A stretch of DNA of 64,000 bases from an uncultured Chloroflexia bacterium (GTDB taxonomy: Bacteria; Chloroflexota; Anaerolineae; Anaerolineales; UBA11858). The stretch lies in NCBI GenBank assembly GCA_963827805.1, contig CAWHCC010000003.1, positions 491,186 to 555,185 on the forward strand, in the 5' to 3' direction. A program made the position numbers and the translations under genes. The notes under the pieces are model-generated. The model did no database searches. It saw only the letters and a program-made list of their open reading frames with translations, and was not told the origin of the DNA. Every line of letters starts with the position of its first letter. The stretch's first letter is position 1. Positions 1 to 10,906 of this stretch are shown piece by piece.

Positions 1-604
1 TACGATTCTGAAAATGTAATTTTTCCAAGATATTGCGAAGGTGGATCTTGACGGTGTTCTCAGAGATATTTAACGCGGAGGCGATCGCTTTGTTCGTCAT
101 CCCTTCTACAACCAACTTTAAAATATCGATTTCTCTGGTTGTCAGATCTTCTACAATTTCCATCTCTTCTGGTGATTCAAACTGGGGCTGGGAAAATTCT
201 TTCAAAATCTTGGCTGCAATCACCCCAGATAAGGGTGCCTCTCCCAGAGAGATGCTTTCCAACATATTGTACAATTGATGGGGGTCTAAGTCTTTCAGCA
301 AGTAACCTTGTGCGCCGATTTTTATGGCATCAAACAAGTTTTGATCGTCATCAGATACCGTAAGTATAATGATGGTTACATGCGGCATCTCACGCTTTAT
401 CCGCCGTGTAGCCTCCAAACCGGTACAGTTTGGCATTTCAATATCCATCAGAATGATATCCGGCAATTTTTCCCGTGCTACTTTTATGGCTTCCAGTCCA
501 TCTCCAGCTTCCCCAACGATCTGGATGTTTGGGCGATTAGACAAAAGCGCTGCCACACCTTTTCGAAATAAGACATGATCATCAACTAACAATATCCGCA
601 ACAT
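1..604 (-). CDS. NarL/LuxR-family response regulator (REC + LuxR-type HTH); 3' end cut by window edge
   Basis: It is absent from the ORF track because no stop lies inside the window. My reverse-strand translation from ATG 604-602 reads MLRILLVDDHVLFRKG...IILMDIEMPNCTGLEATRRIK (receiver domain). It ends ...TTREIDILKLVVEGMTNKAIASALNISENTVKIHLRNILEKLHFQNR (LuxR HTH). It lies 39 nt downstream of the kinase gene. Confidence 0.85.
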   Translation of the reverse strand, partial: MLRILLVDDHVLFRKGVAALLSNRPNIQIVGEAGDGLEAIKVAREKLPDIILMDIEMPNCTGLEATRRIKREMPHVTIIILTVSDDDQNLFDAIKIGAQGYLLKDLDPHQLYNMLESISLGEAPLSGVIAAKILKEFSQPQFESPEEMEIVEDLTTREIDILKLVVEGMTNKAIASALNISENTVKIHLRNILEKLHFQNR

Positions 605-642
605 AAGAATCTCGAATTTTTTCCAAAAAAAATTTTAACTGA

Positions 643-2375
643 TCACTCTGCAGGCACGCGGACAATAATGCGTGTACCTGCACCTGGATGCGAATCAAAC
701 TCCAGGCTGCCACCAACGCTTTCTGCCCTTTCTCCCATGATTTTGAGGCCGTAGCGTTGATCCTCTTCTTTGATAATCTGATCAGGGTTAAATCCCCAAC
801 CATTATCCTCAACACTCATATAAACCAGCCCATCTTCTTGTCCACATTGGATTAAGACTTTACTGGCGTCAGAATGCCGGCGCACATTTGTCAGCGCTTC
901 CTGAATGATGCGCATCAATTGGCTTGAAACATGCGACGAGAATTCATCCAGACATTCATTTTCAAGCATCAAATCAACACGCAAACCATAATGCGTGCGG
1001 TAATCGGCAAGGTATTCCTGCAGAGATGAAAAGAATCCCTTTTGTTCCTGGGCGATGGTACGTAAATTAAATATTTGCTCCCGTACATCGATGTAGAGAA
1101 TTCTGGCTGACCTTCCTTAAGCTCCTGCAAACTTTCCTGTGCTTTCTCAATTTGTCCACTGGACAGCAGATCTTCAGTGATAGAAGATTTGATTTTCAGA
1201 TAACCTAAGCTCTGGGATAAATTGTCGTGTAACTCGCGCGCCAATCGATCGCGCTCTTCAAGAGTCGCTAAATGATGTAATTGCTGGTAGAGCTGGGCAT
1301 TTTCGATGGATAGAATGACCTGGTGCGCTAAACGAGACAATAAATAAATGTCGTTTGGCAATAACTGACATGGTTTCCGGTACATCACCTCCACCAGACC
1401 GAGTAAAATATTGCCGCGCAACAATGGCACCACCAGGAATGATTGAATGCCTTCATCACTTATGAATTTTGTATCGTGCAGAATCGTTTGCCCCTGATCG
1501 TAATCTGAAGATTTGATGGGCTGTCCTGCTGCCAGATCTATCCATGGGGGTTGTTCCAACAATACTTTTTGATGACCTGGCAGAGTTTTGGTACAGTTTC
1601 CTGAGATGGCTTCCAGTACTATTTCCTGTAATTCCAGATCCACCAGTCCAACCAACCCAATATCTGCATGCATCAATTCTCGGGATGCCTCAGCAACAGA
1701 TTCTAAAACGCTGCTCAATGAAAGGGAGCCCGAAATTGTCATGCCCAGTCTATAGAGGGTTATAGCTTGTTGTTCACGCTGTCTGGTTTCTGCTAATAAG
1801 GTAGCGTTATCGATAGCGATGCCAATCTCCCGACCGATAGCTTTGAGAAATTCAACCGAATGGAGGGACAGGGATTCTTTTTCATAGGTTAGCAACCCCA
1901 ATACGCCTACCACTGCCCCCCTGGATATAAGTGCTAATTTTATATAGGAGCGGCCGTCCAGGTTGTCCCAGACGCTCTGGAAACGGCTGTCGACGGACAT
2001 ATCCGGAACAAATACCGCTTGTCCTGAATCGACCACCTGTTGGGTGATATCCTGACCAGAAATCCTGCGGCGTTCGATCTCATCCTTTTGTTCTTGTGAA
2101 ATGCCATGTGAGGCCCGCAGTGTATAACGCGCCGATTGTGGATCCAGTAAATAGATCATCACAACAGCCATCCCGATTTTGTGAATCAGGGTTTCCAAGG
2201 CTAGCGTCAGGATATCTTCCACATTCAATAATTGGGTAGCTGCCAGGCCAACTTCGTTAAGCAAGGTTAGTTCGCGTTCGCTCAAGTTCATTTCAGGTAA
2301 ATGAACATCCGATGTCAGGTTTGAATTGCTGCGATAATTATCAATCATTGTTAGGATCTTCTGGTCCACGTGCAA
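643..2375 (-). CDS. GAF-domain sensor histidine kinase (HisKA_3 + HATPase_c, NarL partner), interrupted by one frameshift near 1096-1116
   Basis: ORF 969..2375 has GAF-like regions and the H-box RLARELHDNLSQSLGY. After ...LQELKE it becomes nonsense. The -1 frame reads YIDVREQIFNLRTIAQEQKGFFSSLQEYL... and runs into ORF 643..984 (QEALTNVRRHS..., DNGWGF, HATPase_c). Confidence 0.8.
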
Positions 2376-2413
2376 TCGGACAAATAGATGTTACCCGTTG
2401 CATTAACTAATTT

Positions 2414-3481
2414 TTACGCCATCCAAGGTATAGTTGGAGCCGGCTCGGTGATGGGGACAGCTTCAATAAAAGCTGCTGCTAAATCCGCATAAGCCTTGTG
2501 CTCGTATTTTTCAATTTCTCCTGCATCCGCCAATTTTGTCATATCCGGATCGATGGGCAGGTGACCCATAATTGGTGCACCAGCAAGGTCGGCGACTTCC
2601 TGGGTATGGCTCGGGCCAAAGATCATATGTTTGGTCCCGCTTTCAGGGGCAATAAAATAGCTCATATTCTCCACGATGCCAAAGATGGGCACCTCCAGCA
2701 TCTGGGACATATGAACCGTTTTCCTAACCACCATGGATGATAGGCTTTGGGGAGTTGCCACCATCACCACACCATCCAGCGGCATGGCTTGCATCACAGT
2801 CAGGGTCGCGTCAGATGTTCCAGGCGGCAGGTCAACGAGCAAGTAATCCAATCGCCCCCAAGATACATCGGTCCAGAACTGCTTGATCGTATTGCCCACA
2901 ATCGGACCCCGCCAGACCACGGCCATATCCTCTTCGGCCAGCATCAGGTTTGTAGAGATCACTTTGATCCCGGTCTGGGTCTCTATGGGGATGATCCCAA
3001 GTGGAATACTAGACACCGGGCCTGTAATCCCAAACATTTTTGGGATGCTTGGGCCTGTCACATCCGCGTCCAGTACACCCACATTTAACCCCTTACGCTG
3101 TAATGATGATGCTAACAAGGCTGTCACTGTTGATTTTCCAACACCACCTTTACCACTCATTACAGCCACCATTTGCCCAACACGATTCATATTCAATCCA
3201 GCAGGCAATCGGTTTCTGAGCTTCTCCCGTTCTTCCTGGGTCATGGTTGTCAGTTGGACAGTAACGCTTTCTACCCCCGGTACGGCCTCGACTGCGGCTT
3301 TGGTTTGCTCTTGTAGCTGATCCTTCAATGGGCAGCCTTTCATCGTGAGCGCCAGTGTGATATTGACCTGCCCATCTTCGATCTCGATATCGCGTACCAT
3401 CCCCGCTTCCAGGATATTCTTGCCTAACTCTGGATCAATCACCTGTGTCAGCATTTTTTGGATTTGTTTTTTGGTCGGCAT
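2414..3481 (-). CDS. Mrp/NBP35 (ApbC-type) iron-sulfur cluster carrier ATPase with N-terminal DUF59/MIP18 domain
   Basis: It has an N-terminal DUF59-like stretch (VIDPELGKNILEAGMVRDIEI) and the deviant P-loop SGKGGVGKSTV. Family-typical VDLPPGTSD and ENMSYF motifs are present. Confidence 0.9.
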   Translation of the reverse strand: MPTKKQIQKMLTQVIDPELGKNILEAGMVRDIEIEDGQVNITLALTMKGCPLKDQLQEQTKAAVEAVPGVESVTVQLTTMTQEEREKLRNRLPAGLNMNRVGQMVAVMSGKGGVGKSTVTALLASSLQRKGLNVGVLDADVTGPSIPKMFGITGPVSSIPLGIIPIETQTGIKVISTNLMLAEEDMAVVWRGPIVGNTIKQFWTDVSWGRLDYLLVDLPPGTSDATLTVMQAMPLDGVVMVATPQSLSSMVVRKTVHMSQMLEVPIFGIVENMSYFIAPESGTKHMIFGPSHTQEVADLAGAPIMGHLPIDPDMTKLADAGEIEKYEHKAYADLAAAFIEAVPITEPAPTIPWMA

Positions 3482-3758
3482 CTTTAAAAACTCCCTTTCT
3501 TCTTTGTGTGATCTATCAATGTGGGGCCTTGGTATATTGCTAATTTTACATAAAGTTAGTCTTTAGTATCGATATACTGACGCTCGAGGAGAACAGGTTA
3601 AAAAGCTGATTATCTATAATTACCTTTGATTATATAGCACCCAAGAGTTCATGTCAGGTGCCATACATCACATAAACTGACTTGTGTTTGGTTTATCCAA
3701 AAGTTTAGGAAGAAGGAACTCTATACATGATTATTTCTAGAAAAACCCCATAAAAAAA

Positions 3759-4499
3759 TCAAGGCGTGCGTGCACAGCGGAAGCTGCACAAATAACGGTT
3801 ATAGAGTGGTCCGTAGCCGCTCGAGCGATAGATCCGAAGGAAGCTGACATAATCAGGTGAGCTAGTATAAGCATCTAATTCATGTTTGTCCTGCACCCAC
3901 TCCCACATACCCTCCGTCATTTCATATAGACCGTAGGCATTGGGTTGAGAAAACCCCACCGGTATTGTACCCGGATCATAATTCGTAATACGATCGATCC
4001 CAGCACCCATCCGAGACCCGATCTGGCACAAAGGGCTCTCATCTCCCCAGAAATATTCAACTGCTGCTAACTCATCCGCAGCAGCTTTCTCCCATTCTGC
4101 CTTGGTGGGCAGTCGCGCATCACGCCACTCGCAAAATGAATTGGCCATATCCCATGTGACAAAGACAACTGGGTGATCAAGGAAGGCTTCTTCAGAATAT
4201 TCCATTGTGCTTACAGGTTCTTTGCATTCGCCTTCATCCACACATTTTGCATAGTGTTGATTCGTCACCTCAAAAACATCGATATAAAAGTCATCCACAT
4301 ATTCGGATTGCACGCTTTTAACGTTTTTCATTTCATCCCAGAATGTCATTTGAAACTCCCCCGCTGGCACAAGTGCCATTTCTATGCCGGATTCATCCTC
4401 GACTTGGGAAGGATGGTTTGTACAAGCCGAAAGTGGTCCAAATAACGTAATGAAAACGAAAGTAAATCTGTAAAAATTAAAATACCTTGTTACACTCAT
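3759..4499 (-). CDS. FGE-sulfatase (SUMF1) domain lipoprotein
   Basis: Motifs: FYIDVFEVTNQHY, PVVFVTWDMANSFCEW, RLPTKAEWEKAA, NAYGLYEMTEGMWEWVQD. I prefer ATG 4499 (MSVTRYF...LSAC lipobox), which has AGGAGA 7 nt upstream, over the track start at 4634. Confidence 0.75.
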   Translation of the reverse strand: MSVTRYFNFYRFTFVFITLFGPLSACTNHPSQVEDESGIEMALVPAGEFQMTFWDEMKNVKSVQSEYVDDFYIDVFEVTNQHYAKCVDEGECKEPVSTMEYSEEAFLDHPVVFVTWDMANSFCEWRDARLPTKAEWEKAAADELAAVEYFWGDESPLCQIGSRMGAGIDRITNYDPGTIPVGFSQPNAYGLYEMTEGMWEWVQDKHELDAYTSSPDYVSFLRIYRSSGYGPLYNRYLCSFRCARTP

Positions 4500-4683
4500 A
4501 ACGTTCTCCTGTACTCGTATTCCAAGCTCATTATTCATCAACGATTTGAAATCGCCATTTGTATTCATAACGATTTCCAGAAGTATCTCGATATGTGACC
4601 TTAGCAGTATGCCATCCTGGGCTAATCGGTTCACTTCGCTGATTGTACGTCCTCAGAACAAATGGGACACATAAGTATATAAA

Positions 4684-5300
4684 CTAATGGAGACTTCCAC
4701 CGCCACAAATTGATTATACACCGACCGGAACTAAGTTCTGTTGGCGGCGTAAAACCATGGTTTCTCGCTTGATTTTGTCTCGTTCTAACTGAACCTCCTT
4801 TTCTTTTCTATAATAAATAGAAACAGGTGTCAGGTTGTCCAGGGATTCATGATATCGCTGGTGATTGTAGTACTCCACAAAGTCATCAATAGCTTCTACC
4901 AGGATGCTGCGTACTGTGTTTGGACTGACTAATGGAACCCCATTGTTCGCTTTCGTCATTTCGTCTGAAATCCGATGTTTGCCCCACTTCGGATGCAAAC
5001 GCCTCATTTCGATGACACTTTGCCGTACATCTGCCGGTGTACCAACACGGCCTTTCTCAGGTCCTTTGCGTTGATAGGTTTCCAGTCCAGCATATCCTTC
5101 CGCTTCAAAACGAGGTTTCCAATAGTAAAACGTAGCACGACCTACATGTGCTTTTCGGCAGGCTTCAGTTACATTCCCGGTTGCCTCCCAGATTTCAAAG
5201 AGCAGTTTCCGCTGTTGCGGTGTCGTTGGTGGAAAATAGGTGCGGTTTTTGCTCATCCACTTATTTTACTATTGTCTAAGCTTTTGTTGATGATTACAAA
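4684..5300 (-). mobile_element. Internally deleted rve-type (IS481/IS3-like) insertion sequence remnant
   Basis: ORF 4714..5256 joins an N-terminal HTH region (...RRLHPKWGKHRISDEM) directly to the extreme C-terminus of an integrase-core transposase (FVEYYNHQRYHESLDNLTP). The DDE core is missing. Its 3' end (4684-4845) is repeated at 22831-22990. The outer boundaries are approximate. Confidence 0.6.
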
Positions 5301-5609
5301 ATCCAGCAAATTCTTTCAATATCTCTCCGTCTGCTGGAGTAACATATTGGATGTGTGGAGGTAATCTATCACCTATTGGCCCAGATTAAGGCCAGCCCCC
5401 TCTTTCCAACCAATGAACTACTCTCCAGGCCAGGAAAATCACAAGAATTATTTCTAAGATTAGTGCAATATTGCACTTAAAGGTGATCATCCCGAACCTT
5501 AGGGGATAACAAACATGTCTATGTGAGTCTCGGATACACACAAAGATTATTCAATTCTGATGAGGCCTGTGATAAATTTTGCTGAAAGCGTGGAAAGATT
5601 CCTGTCTGC

Positions 5610-6125
5610 TTACCGAGGAATAAAACCAATTTGTCCACGATAAGTCTGCCCATTATAATCGATAGCCACTGTGATGGGCACAAAAACATCCGGTTGGAAG
5701 CCTTCGGTCTCGACAATACATACGCCTTCACCATAGATGACCTGTACGCTGCAGTTGGGAACCCCGCGCGCCTGGTCCTCATCCGGCCAGATGGCCCGCA
5801 TGACCATGCCATTTAGAAGATGAACCCCATCTTTGATCAGGCTACCGTAAAGCATAACACGTGAACCGACCGGAGGGTTGGGATCATCGAGCCAGGCTAC
5901 AACTTCAAATGAAGGAGTTCTCAAAAGGACCGGGGCAGGATCGGGTGTTTTGGTAAATGGTGCGGCCGTCGGTTCGGAGGGAGGGATCTCATTTAATGTG
6001 CACGCCGTTGACAGCGTGCATACCGCGAGGAGAATTAAGAATAGAATACGGGGTGGTTTGACTTTTTTCTCTTGTGGCTCTTCGGAGGGTTCTGGTTTTT
6101 GGCCTCTCCGTTCAACTTGCGTCAT
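5610..6125 (-). CDS. Hypothetical secreted/lipoprotein
   Basis: ATG 6125 has GGAGAAG upstream. A charged N-terminus is followed by the hydrophobic signal ILFLILLAVCTLSTAC. I recognise no domain. Confidence 0.55.
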   Translation of the reverse strand: MTQVERRGQKPEPSEEPQEKKVKPPRILFLILLAVCTLSTACTLNEIPPSEPTAAPFTKTPDPAPVLLRTPSFEVVAWLDDPNPPVGSRVMLYGSLIKDGVHLLNGMVMRAIWPDEDQARGVPNCSVQVIYGEGVCIVETEGFQPDVFVPITVAIDYNGQTYRGQIGFIPR

Positions 6126-6327
6126 CTAGTACTTCTCCAAATGTTTGTTTGGAATTTGTTTATATTTTTCACTAGCCCTGATTTGCTCATGATTATTTCT
6201 CCAAATTATACTCCTTTCTTAAATTTCTATTGGACGGGACTCTGAACTCTGAAACAACAACTTCCTGGCAGCAGAATTGCACTCACCAGGATCATCAAAC
6301 GGTTGAAACGTATGAAGCTGCCGATAA

Positions 6328-6618
6328 TTAATACTGAATTCGGCACTCATTCTGATCGATTAATCGGGTAAAAAGAATTATTTCTTGGTAACAAGCAACC
6401 ACTCGCACTCGATCTCCTTGTGTGAGTTGTGGCCGCATTACCTGTCGTTTGAGCACGGTTATCTGCTGCCGAAGTATAGCATTCTCGATGATCAAATCCC
6501 AGCGGCTTCGTTTCATATCTGCGAGTGAGCCAATCGCGATGACAGTAGTTGTTGGCCTGGTATGTTGTTTGACGAGTTGCTTTATGGCTTTCCAAAGACG
6601 ATGAATGGCTTTGAGCAT
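6328..6618 (-). pseudogene. N-terminal fragment of a transposase/integrase-like protein
   Basis: The segment SRWDLIIENAILRQQITVLKRQVMRPQLTQGDRVRVV resembles the coiled-coil/leader region found at the N-terminus of several transposases. The ORF stops after 96 aa with no catalytic domain. Confidence 0.35.
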
Positions 6619-6756
6619 ATGGTAGGCTCCAGGTGATCACAAGATTGAGTTGTGCAATATTACCTGATATTCAAAACCATGACATGCTCATTTGGCAGTA
6701 ACTAAAATCTACGAAGATTTAAAAAAAATGTTTTCTATTTTCTCGAGGAAGTAAAT

Positions 6757-7099
6757 ATGCAAATCATAAATCGTAATTTGTTCATTGTTAGGCCTAAGCT
6801 ACCGTATGTAGATTGGATCAATGCACAATCTGATCAAGATTCCCCTGTGACTTTATCTTATATTCAACAAGACTGTCACACATATCTGATCCCTGAAATG
6901 ATTAATGAAGATGAAGCGCTTGAGTATATCCAAGCACTCAAACGAGAGATCTTCTAGATTGAGTGCTTGGATTTCATGATCTCGGGATACTACGATCTGG
7001 CCTAAGAAACGCACCCCTGCGATGTTTGATGAATGGTTTGAGTTGGAATTTCATTCCATGATCTTCGATCTGCATAGGAAACCAATTCGTAAAGAATAG
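6757..7099 (+). pseudogene. Small conserved hypothetical gene broken by stop/frameshift
   Basis: The 66-aa ORF (GAGGAAG RBS) ends at 6957. The reading continues in other frames as ...LSAWIS*SRDTTIWPKKRTPAMFDEWFELEFHSMIFDLHRKPIRKE* (stop 7097-7099). Confidence 0.4.
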
Positions 7100-7394
7100 T
7101 GTGCTAATTGGATCAATTTCTGTTCAGGAATCTTGTTGGATGTAAGTTGGATGTAATAAGAACCTATCCGAAAAATATTTCAGCCGGATGCAGCGTGGTG
7201 CAAATGCAATTTTATGCGATCACTAATCAGTTGATTTCCAGAGAAAACTATGTTGATTTTTACTAACCTTAAAGAATTCGCGATTCCATTTTTCTCTGGA
7301 AAATGAATATTCGGACAAGTACTATAAGTAGTGTCCAGCACAGGGGATCAACTTAGCAAATCAGTGGATCACTAATCAAGTTGATAAATTTCCA

Positions 7395-7416
7395 TTCTGC
7401 GAGCAATTTGCGAGCA
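7395..7416 (+). repeat. 22-nt motif TTCTGCGAGCAATTTGCGAGCA (two TGCGAGCA half-sites 11 nt apart), copy A
   Basis: It is identical to 32541-32562. About 40 nt upstream and about 50 nt downstream are also recognisably similar between the two loci. Confidence 0.8.
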
Positions 7417-7957
7417 TATCCTAAAGAAACAATGGACAATATCCACAGAATGGAAAGAATCTCGATCGGTTAGCCGACCTTGTAGACATCTAAGAAAGCG
7501 TTAGTCAAGGAATCCACCTCTCTACCAGACAAAACACAACGAGATCTACAGCAAGCCCAATCCTCAGGCTTGTCAAATAAGAACACTATATGATAATGGC
7601 TGACCGCGTGTTCCAGATTTGAGTTAGCCAGCAGTCAAGAACAAATCGATTTACCCAAGCAAACCTGCTTCTGCCGGAGCCGTTCCGCTGGAGAGCAAAT
7701 GCCACGGAGACGAGCACGGTCAAGGGATGAATTACCCCCTTGATCCTCAATCAACTGGCCATTCGTTTTCAGGATAGGTTTCCGGTATGACCATTCCCTG
7801 TCAACTTCTGGCTGATTCTAGCCTGCGCCTTGCGGGCATCAAGGGGATGCTAAAGCCTTGGTTTACGGTGTCGCAAAACCCCCTTGACCCCCGCGGCGGC
7901 TTCGGCTGTTTTCCCAGAAGCGCTGCCAGGGAAAATATATTGTGAAGGTGCCATTTA

Positions 7958-9731
7958 CACAAAGTTCTTGATTTTGTTGGCGAAGTCGGAAAGGGAGTAA
8001 AGAGTATACTGAAGGGTGAAGTCAATAGGAGAGTGAGAAATGTTGAAACCCAAAAGTATGCAAGAAATTCCGGAGGAGACAAAAACTGTCGCACAAAAAG
8101 CATTTCCGAAAGGAAATACCTATCTGAAATTGCGGGATGAACTAGGGCCGATTTTTGAGGATAAACTATTCGAAGATCTCTATCCACAATTAGGGCAACC
8201 AGCAGAAAGTCCGGCTAGATTGGCGCTGGTAACGATCATGCAGTTTATGGAAAATTTACCCGATCGACAAGCGGCTGAAGCAGTCCGCAGTCGGATTGAT
8301 TGGAAATACATGCTGGGTTTAGCGTTGAGCGACCCTGGCTTTGATTATTCGATGTTGAGTGAATTTCGGTTACGGCTGGTAGAAGGGGAAAAAGAACGGC
8401 TGTTGCTAGAAAAGCTGCTAGAACGCTGTGAGGAATTTGGATTGTTGAAAGGAAAAAAACAACAGCGCACGGATTCCACCTATGTGGTTGCAGCCGTGCG
8501 CTCTTTAACGTTATTGGAACTGGTGGGTGAAACGATGAGATCAACGCTCAATGAGCTAGCTGTGCTGGCTCCGGAATGGCTCAAAGTAGTTATGCAATCA
8601 GAATGGGTCAAACGCTATGGTCGTCGTTTTGATGGATACAACCTGCCCAAAAGCAAGGTCAAACGCGAAGCGCTAGCTGTCACCATCGGTGAAGATGGAT
8701 TTTTCTTGTTGCAAAATGCCTATGCAGTGGAAGCCCCCGAGAGTTTATCTGAATCTCGGATGTTGGAAGTGATGAGAAGGATCTGGGTTCAGCAGTATTA
8801 TCGGGATGAAGATGATACCCACTGGCGCACAAAGAAAAACTATGGCCAACCACCAGCCGGTGTGATGATTTCTTCACCTCGTGATCTCGATATCCATGAT
8901 TGTGTCAAACGGACGACAGAGGGGAAAGGATATAAAGTCCACCTAACCGAAACCTGTGAAGGCGGACAGCCCCGCTTGATCACTCAGGTCGAAACCACTA
9001 CATCGAGTATCCATGATGTCAAAATGACCGAGAAGATCCAGGAAGACCTGATCGAACGCAACCTGCAGCCGGAAACCCAGATTGTCGATCAGGGCTATGT
9101 TGAAATTGAATTGTTGCTGCGCAGCCAGCAGAAAGGGATCGATCTCTTGGGACCAGTAGCCAGTGGCAAGAATTGGCCAGCCAAAGTGGAAGGTGCCTTT
9201 GATCATGATCAATTTGCAGTCGATTGGGAACAAGAGCAAGCCAAATGTCCCACTGGCAAGATCAGTAAATCCTTTTATCATCGCAAAACTAGGCGAGGGA
9301 CACCCAATTTCACAATTACTTTCCGGAAGTCAGATTGTCTACCTTGCAAACACCGCTCGAAATGCACGCGTGCAAAAACTACCGGTCGTACCTTGACCCT
9401 GTATCCACAAAAAATCCATGCAGCACAATTGGCTGCGCGGGATCGTCAGGAAACCGAGGCTTTCAAGCAGCAATATAAGAAGCGTGCCGGTATTGAAGGG
9501 ACGATTTCTCAGGGTGTTCGAAAAATGGGTTTGCGAAAATCTCATTATATCGGCTTGCCACGCACTCGCTTGCAACATCTTGCCACCGCTGCTGCCATCA
9601 ATCTATTCAGAGTTTTTGACTGGCTCTCTGGCGCACGTCCAATTGAAACTCCTGTTCCCGCTTTTGTCGCTTTGGCAGCGTTGTGATAGCATGCCCCTGG
9701 GTACTTCGCCAACAAAATCAGTTCTTGACAC
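7958..9731 (+). mobile_element. IS1182-family insertion sequence (apparently intact)
   Basis: Terminal inverted repeats: 7970-7986 GATTTTGTTGGCGAAGT is the reverse complement of 9703-9719, with an imperfect extension to about 7958 and about 9731. They enclose the 548-aa transposase ORF. Confidence 0.8.
8040..9686 (+). CDS. IS1182-family DDE transposase
   Basis: The N-terminal DUF772-like region is QLGQPAESPARLALVTIMQFMENLPDRQAAEAVRSRIDWKYMLGL. A C-terminal Cys cluster (CLPCKHRSKC) and a KRAGIEGTISQ tail are present. Confidence 0.85.
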   Translation: MLKPKSMQEIPEETKTVAQKAFPKGNTYLKLRDELGPIFEDKLFEDLYPQLGQPAESPARLALVTIMQFMENLPDRQAAEAVRSRIDWKYMLGLALSDPGFDYSMLSEFRLRLVEGEKERLLLEKLLERCEEFGLLKGKKQQRTDSTYVVAAVRSLTLLELVGETMRSTLNELAVLAPEWLKVVMQSEWVKRYGRRFDGYNLPKSKVKREALAVTIGEDGFFLLQNAYAVEAPESLSESRMLEVMRRIWVQQYYRDEDDTHWRTKKNYGQPPAGVMISSPRDLDIHDCVKRTTEGKGYKVHLTETCEGGQPRLITQVETTTSSIHDVKMTEKIQEDLIERNLQPETQIVDQGYVEIELLLRSQQKGIDLLGPVASGKNWPAKVEGAFDHDQFAVDWEQEQAKCPTGKISKSFYHRKTRRGTPNFTITFRKSDCLPCKHRSKCTRAKTTGRTLTLYPQKIHAAQLAARDRQETEAFKQQYKKRAGIEGTISQGVRKMGLRKSHYIGLPRTRLQHLATAAAINLFRVFDWLSGARPIETPVPAFVALAAL

Positions 9732-9797
9732 TACCAAGCCGGGGTCCTCATCACAATAACGGTGTCAACAGACAGGGTCTGGGCACCATGTCTACAC

Positions 9798-10844
9798 TCA
9801 GGCTCCCCGGACATCAGGCACTTGTCGGCCGTAATTCTCCTGGTAGGGTTGATTTCTTTTGAGCATGTGGTAAGCAATCGTCAGCAGTCGTCTGGCAATG
9901 GCCACTTTGGCACCCTTTTTGCCGCAGCGTTTGATCAGCTTCTCGTGTACTAAATACCAGCGTTTGCTTCTCATGCTGGCCGCGGCTGCCGCGCGGGTCG
10001 TCGCACCTCGCAAAAAGGGAAATCCTTCTTTGGAGATGCGACCATGCCGGGTGATCCCAGCACTGCTGCGGACGCGGGGGGTCAGTCCTGCCCAATTGCA
10101 CAGGGCCTTAGGAGAGTGGAAGCGCTGGATATCACCAATCTCAGCTATCATTGTGGTGGCAATGATCTGGCCTACACCGGGTATCGTTTTGAGCAGTTTG
10201 ACAGCCTCTTTGTGCTCCGGTATGTTTTTCAGATCTTTTTCCAGCGCTTCAACGTGCTTGTCCAGGTGTTCGATGATGGCCAGGTGATCTACGATCACCC
10301 GCTGGGCTGCCGCGCGCAGCTGATCTCCTGCTAGCACGTCTTGCAGCCACTCTCGACCGGCCTTGCCGAACAGGTCTGTGACTGGCGCTCTGAGATTGTA
10401 GCCCGCCAGCACGGCATGAATGCGGTTCTTGGATTGACTGCGTTCCTGGACCAAGATCTCTCGATGGCGAACGTAAAGCCGTAGATCTCTCGTCTTCGGT
10501 GGCGCGGCATAGGCTATCGGCAGGTAGTTCAGACGGGCCAACTGTGCCAAGACTCTGGCGTCGATCCGATCGGTCTTTACCGCCGCAGACGAGATCGCCT
10601 TCAGTTCCTTTGGGTGTGCCAGTTCCACCCGTTCCACATGCGCTGAGAGCAGATCGTACATGAACGGCCAGTTACGGGTTGCTTCTAGCACGGCATAGGT
10701 CTTTCTCGGTACGACTTCTGCGAGATATTTTGAGATATCATCGTTCCGAATCTGTCGTTCGTCGATGACAGCGCCTGCCTTGTCGATCAATACCATATAG
10801 GTTTTGGTATTGTGCAGGTCGATCCCAAGGTAAAATGGATACAT
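9798..10844 (-). CDS. IS110-family transposase (DEDD recombinase)
   Basis: The N-terminus has YLGIDLHNTKTY. The C-terminal part reads LKTIPGVGQIIATTMIAEIGDIQRFHSPKALCNWAGLTPRVRSSAG. The element probably spans about 9735-10960; no clear inverted repeats are seen, as expected for IS110. Confidence 0.85.
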   Translation of the reverse strand: MYPFYLGIDLHNTKTYMVLIDKAGAVIDERQIRNDDISKYLAEVVPRKTYAVLEATRNWPFMYDLLSAHVERVELAHPKELKAISSAAVKTDRIDARVLAQLARLNYLPIAYAAPPKTRDLRLYVRHREILVQERSQSKNRIHAVLAGYNLRAPVTDLFGKAGREWLQDVLAGDQLRAAAQRVIVDHLAIIEHLDKHVEALEKDLKNIPEHKEAVKLLKTIPGVGQIIATTMIAEIGDIQRFHSPKALCNWAGLTPRVRSSAGITRHGRISKEGFPFLRGATTRAAAAASMRSKRWYLVHEKLIKRCGKKGAKVAIARRLLTIAYHMLKRNQPYQENYGRQVPDVRGA

Positions 10845-10845
10845 C

Positions 10846-10906
10846 GCGTTTCTCCTTTCGCTAAACTGGTTTTGTCGTTATTACAAGTCTAGCAGAGGAG
10901 AAACGC
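10846..10906 (-). promoter_or_regulatory. 5'-UTR stem-loop sequestering the IS110 transposase RBS
   Basis: GCGTTTCTCCT (10846-10856), which lies opposite the AGGAGA RBS just upstream of ATG 10844, is perfectly complementary to AGGAGAAACGC (10896-10906). This gives an 11-bp stem with a 39-nt loop. Confidence 0.5.

Noticed and set aside
7801-8187. 128-aa minus-strand ORF.
   Set aside because: It spans the IS1182 left inverted repeat and overlaps the transposase start on the opposite strand. It has no RBS or motifs.
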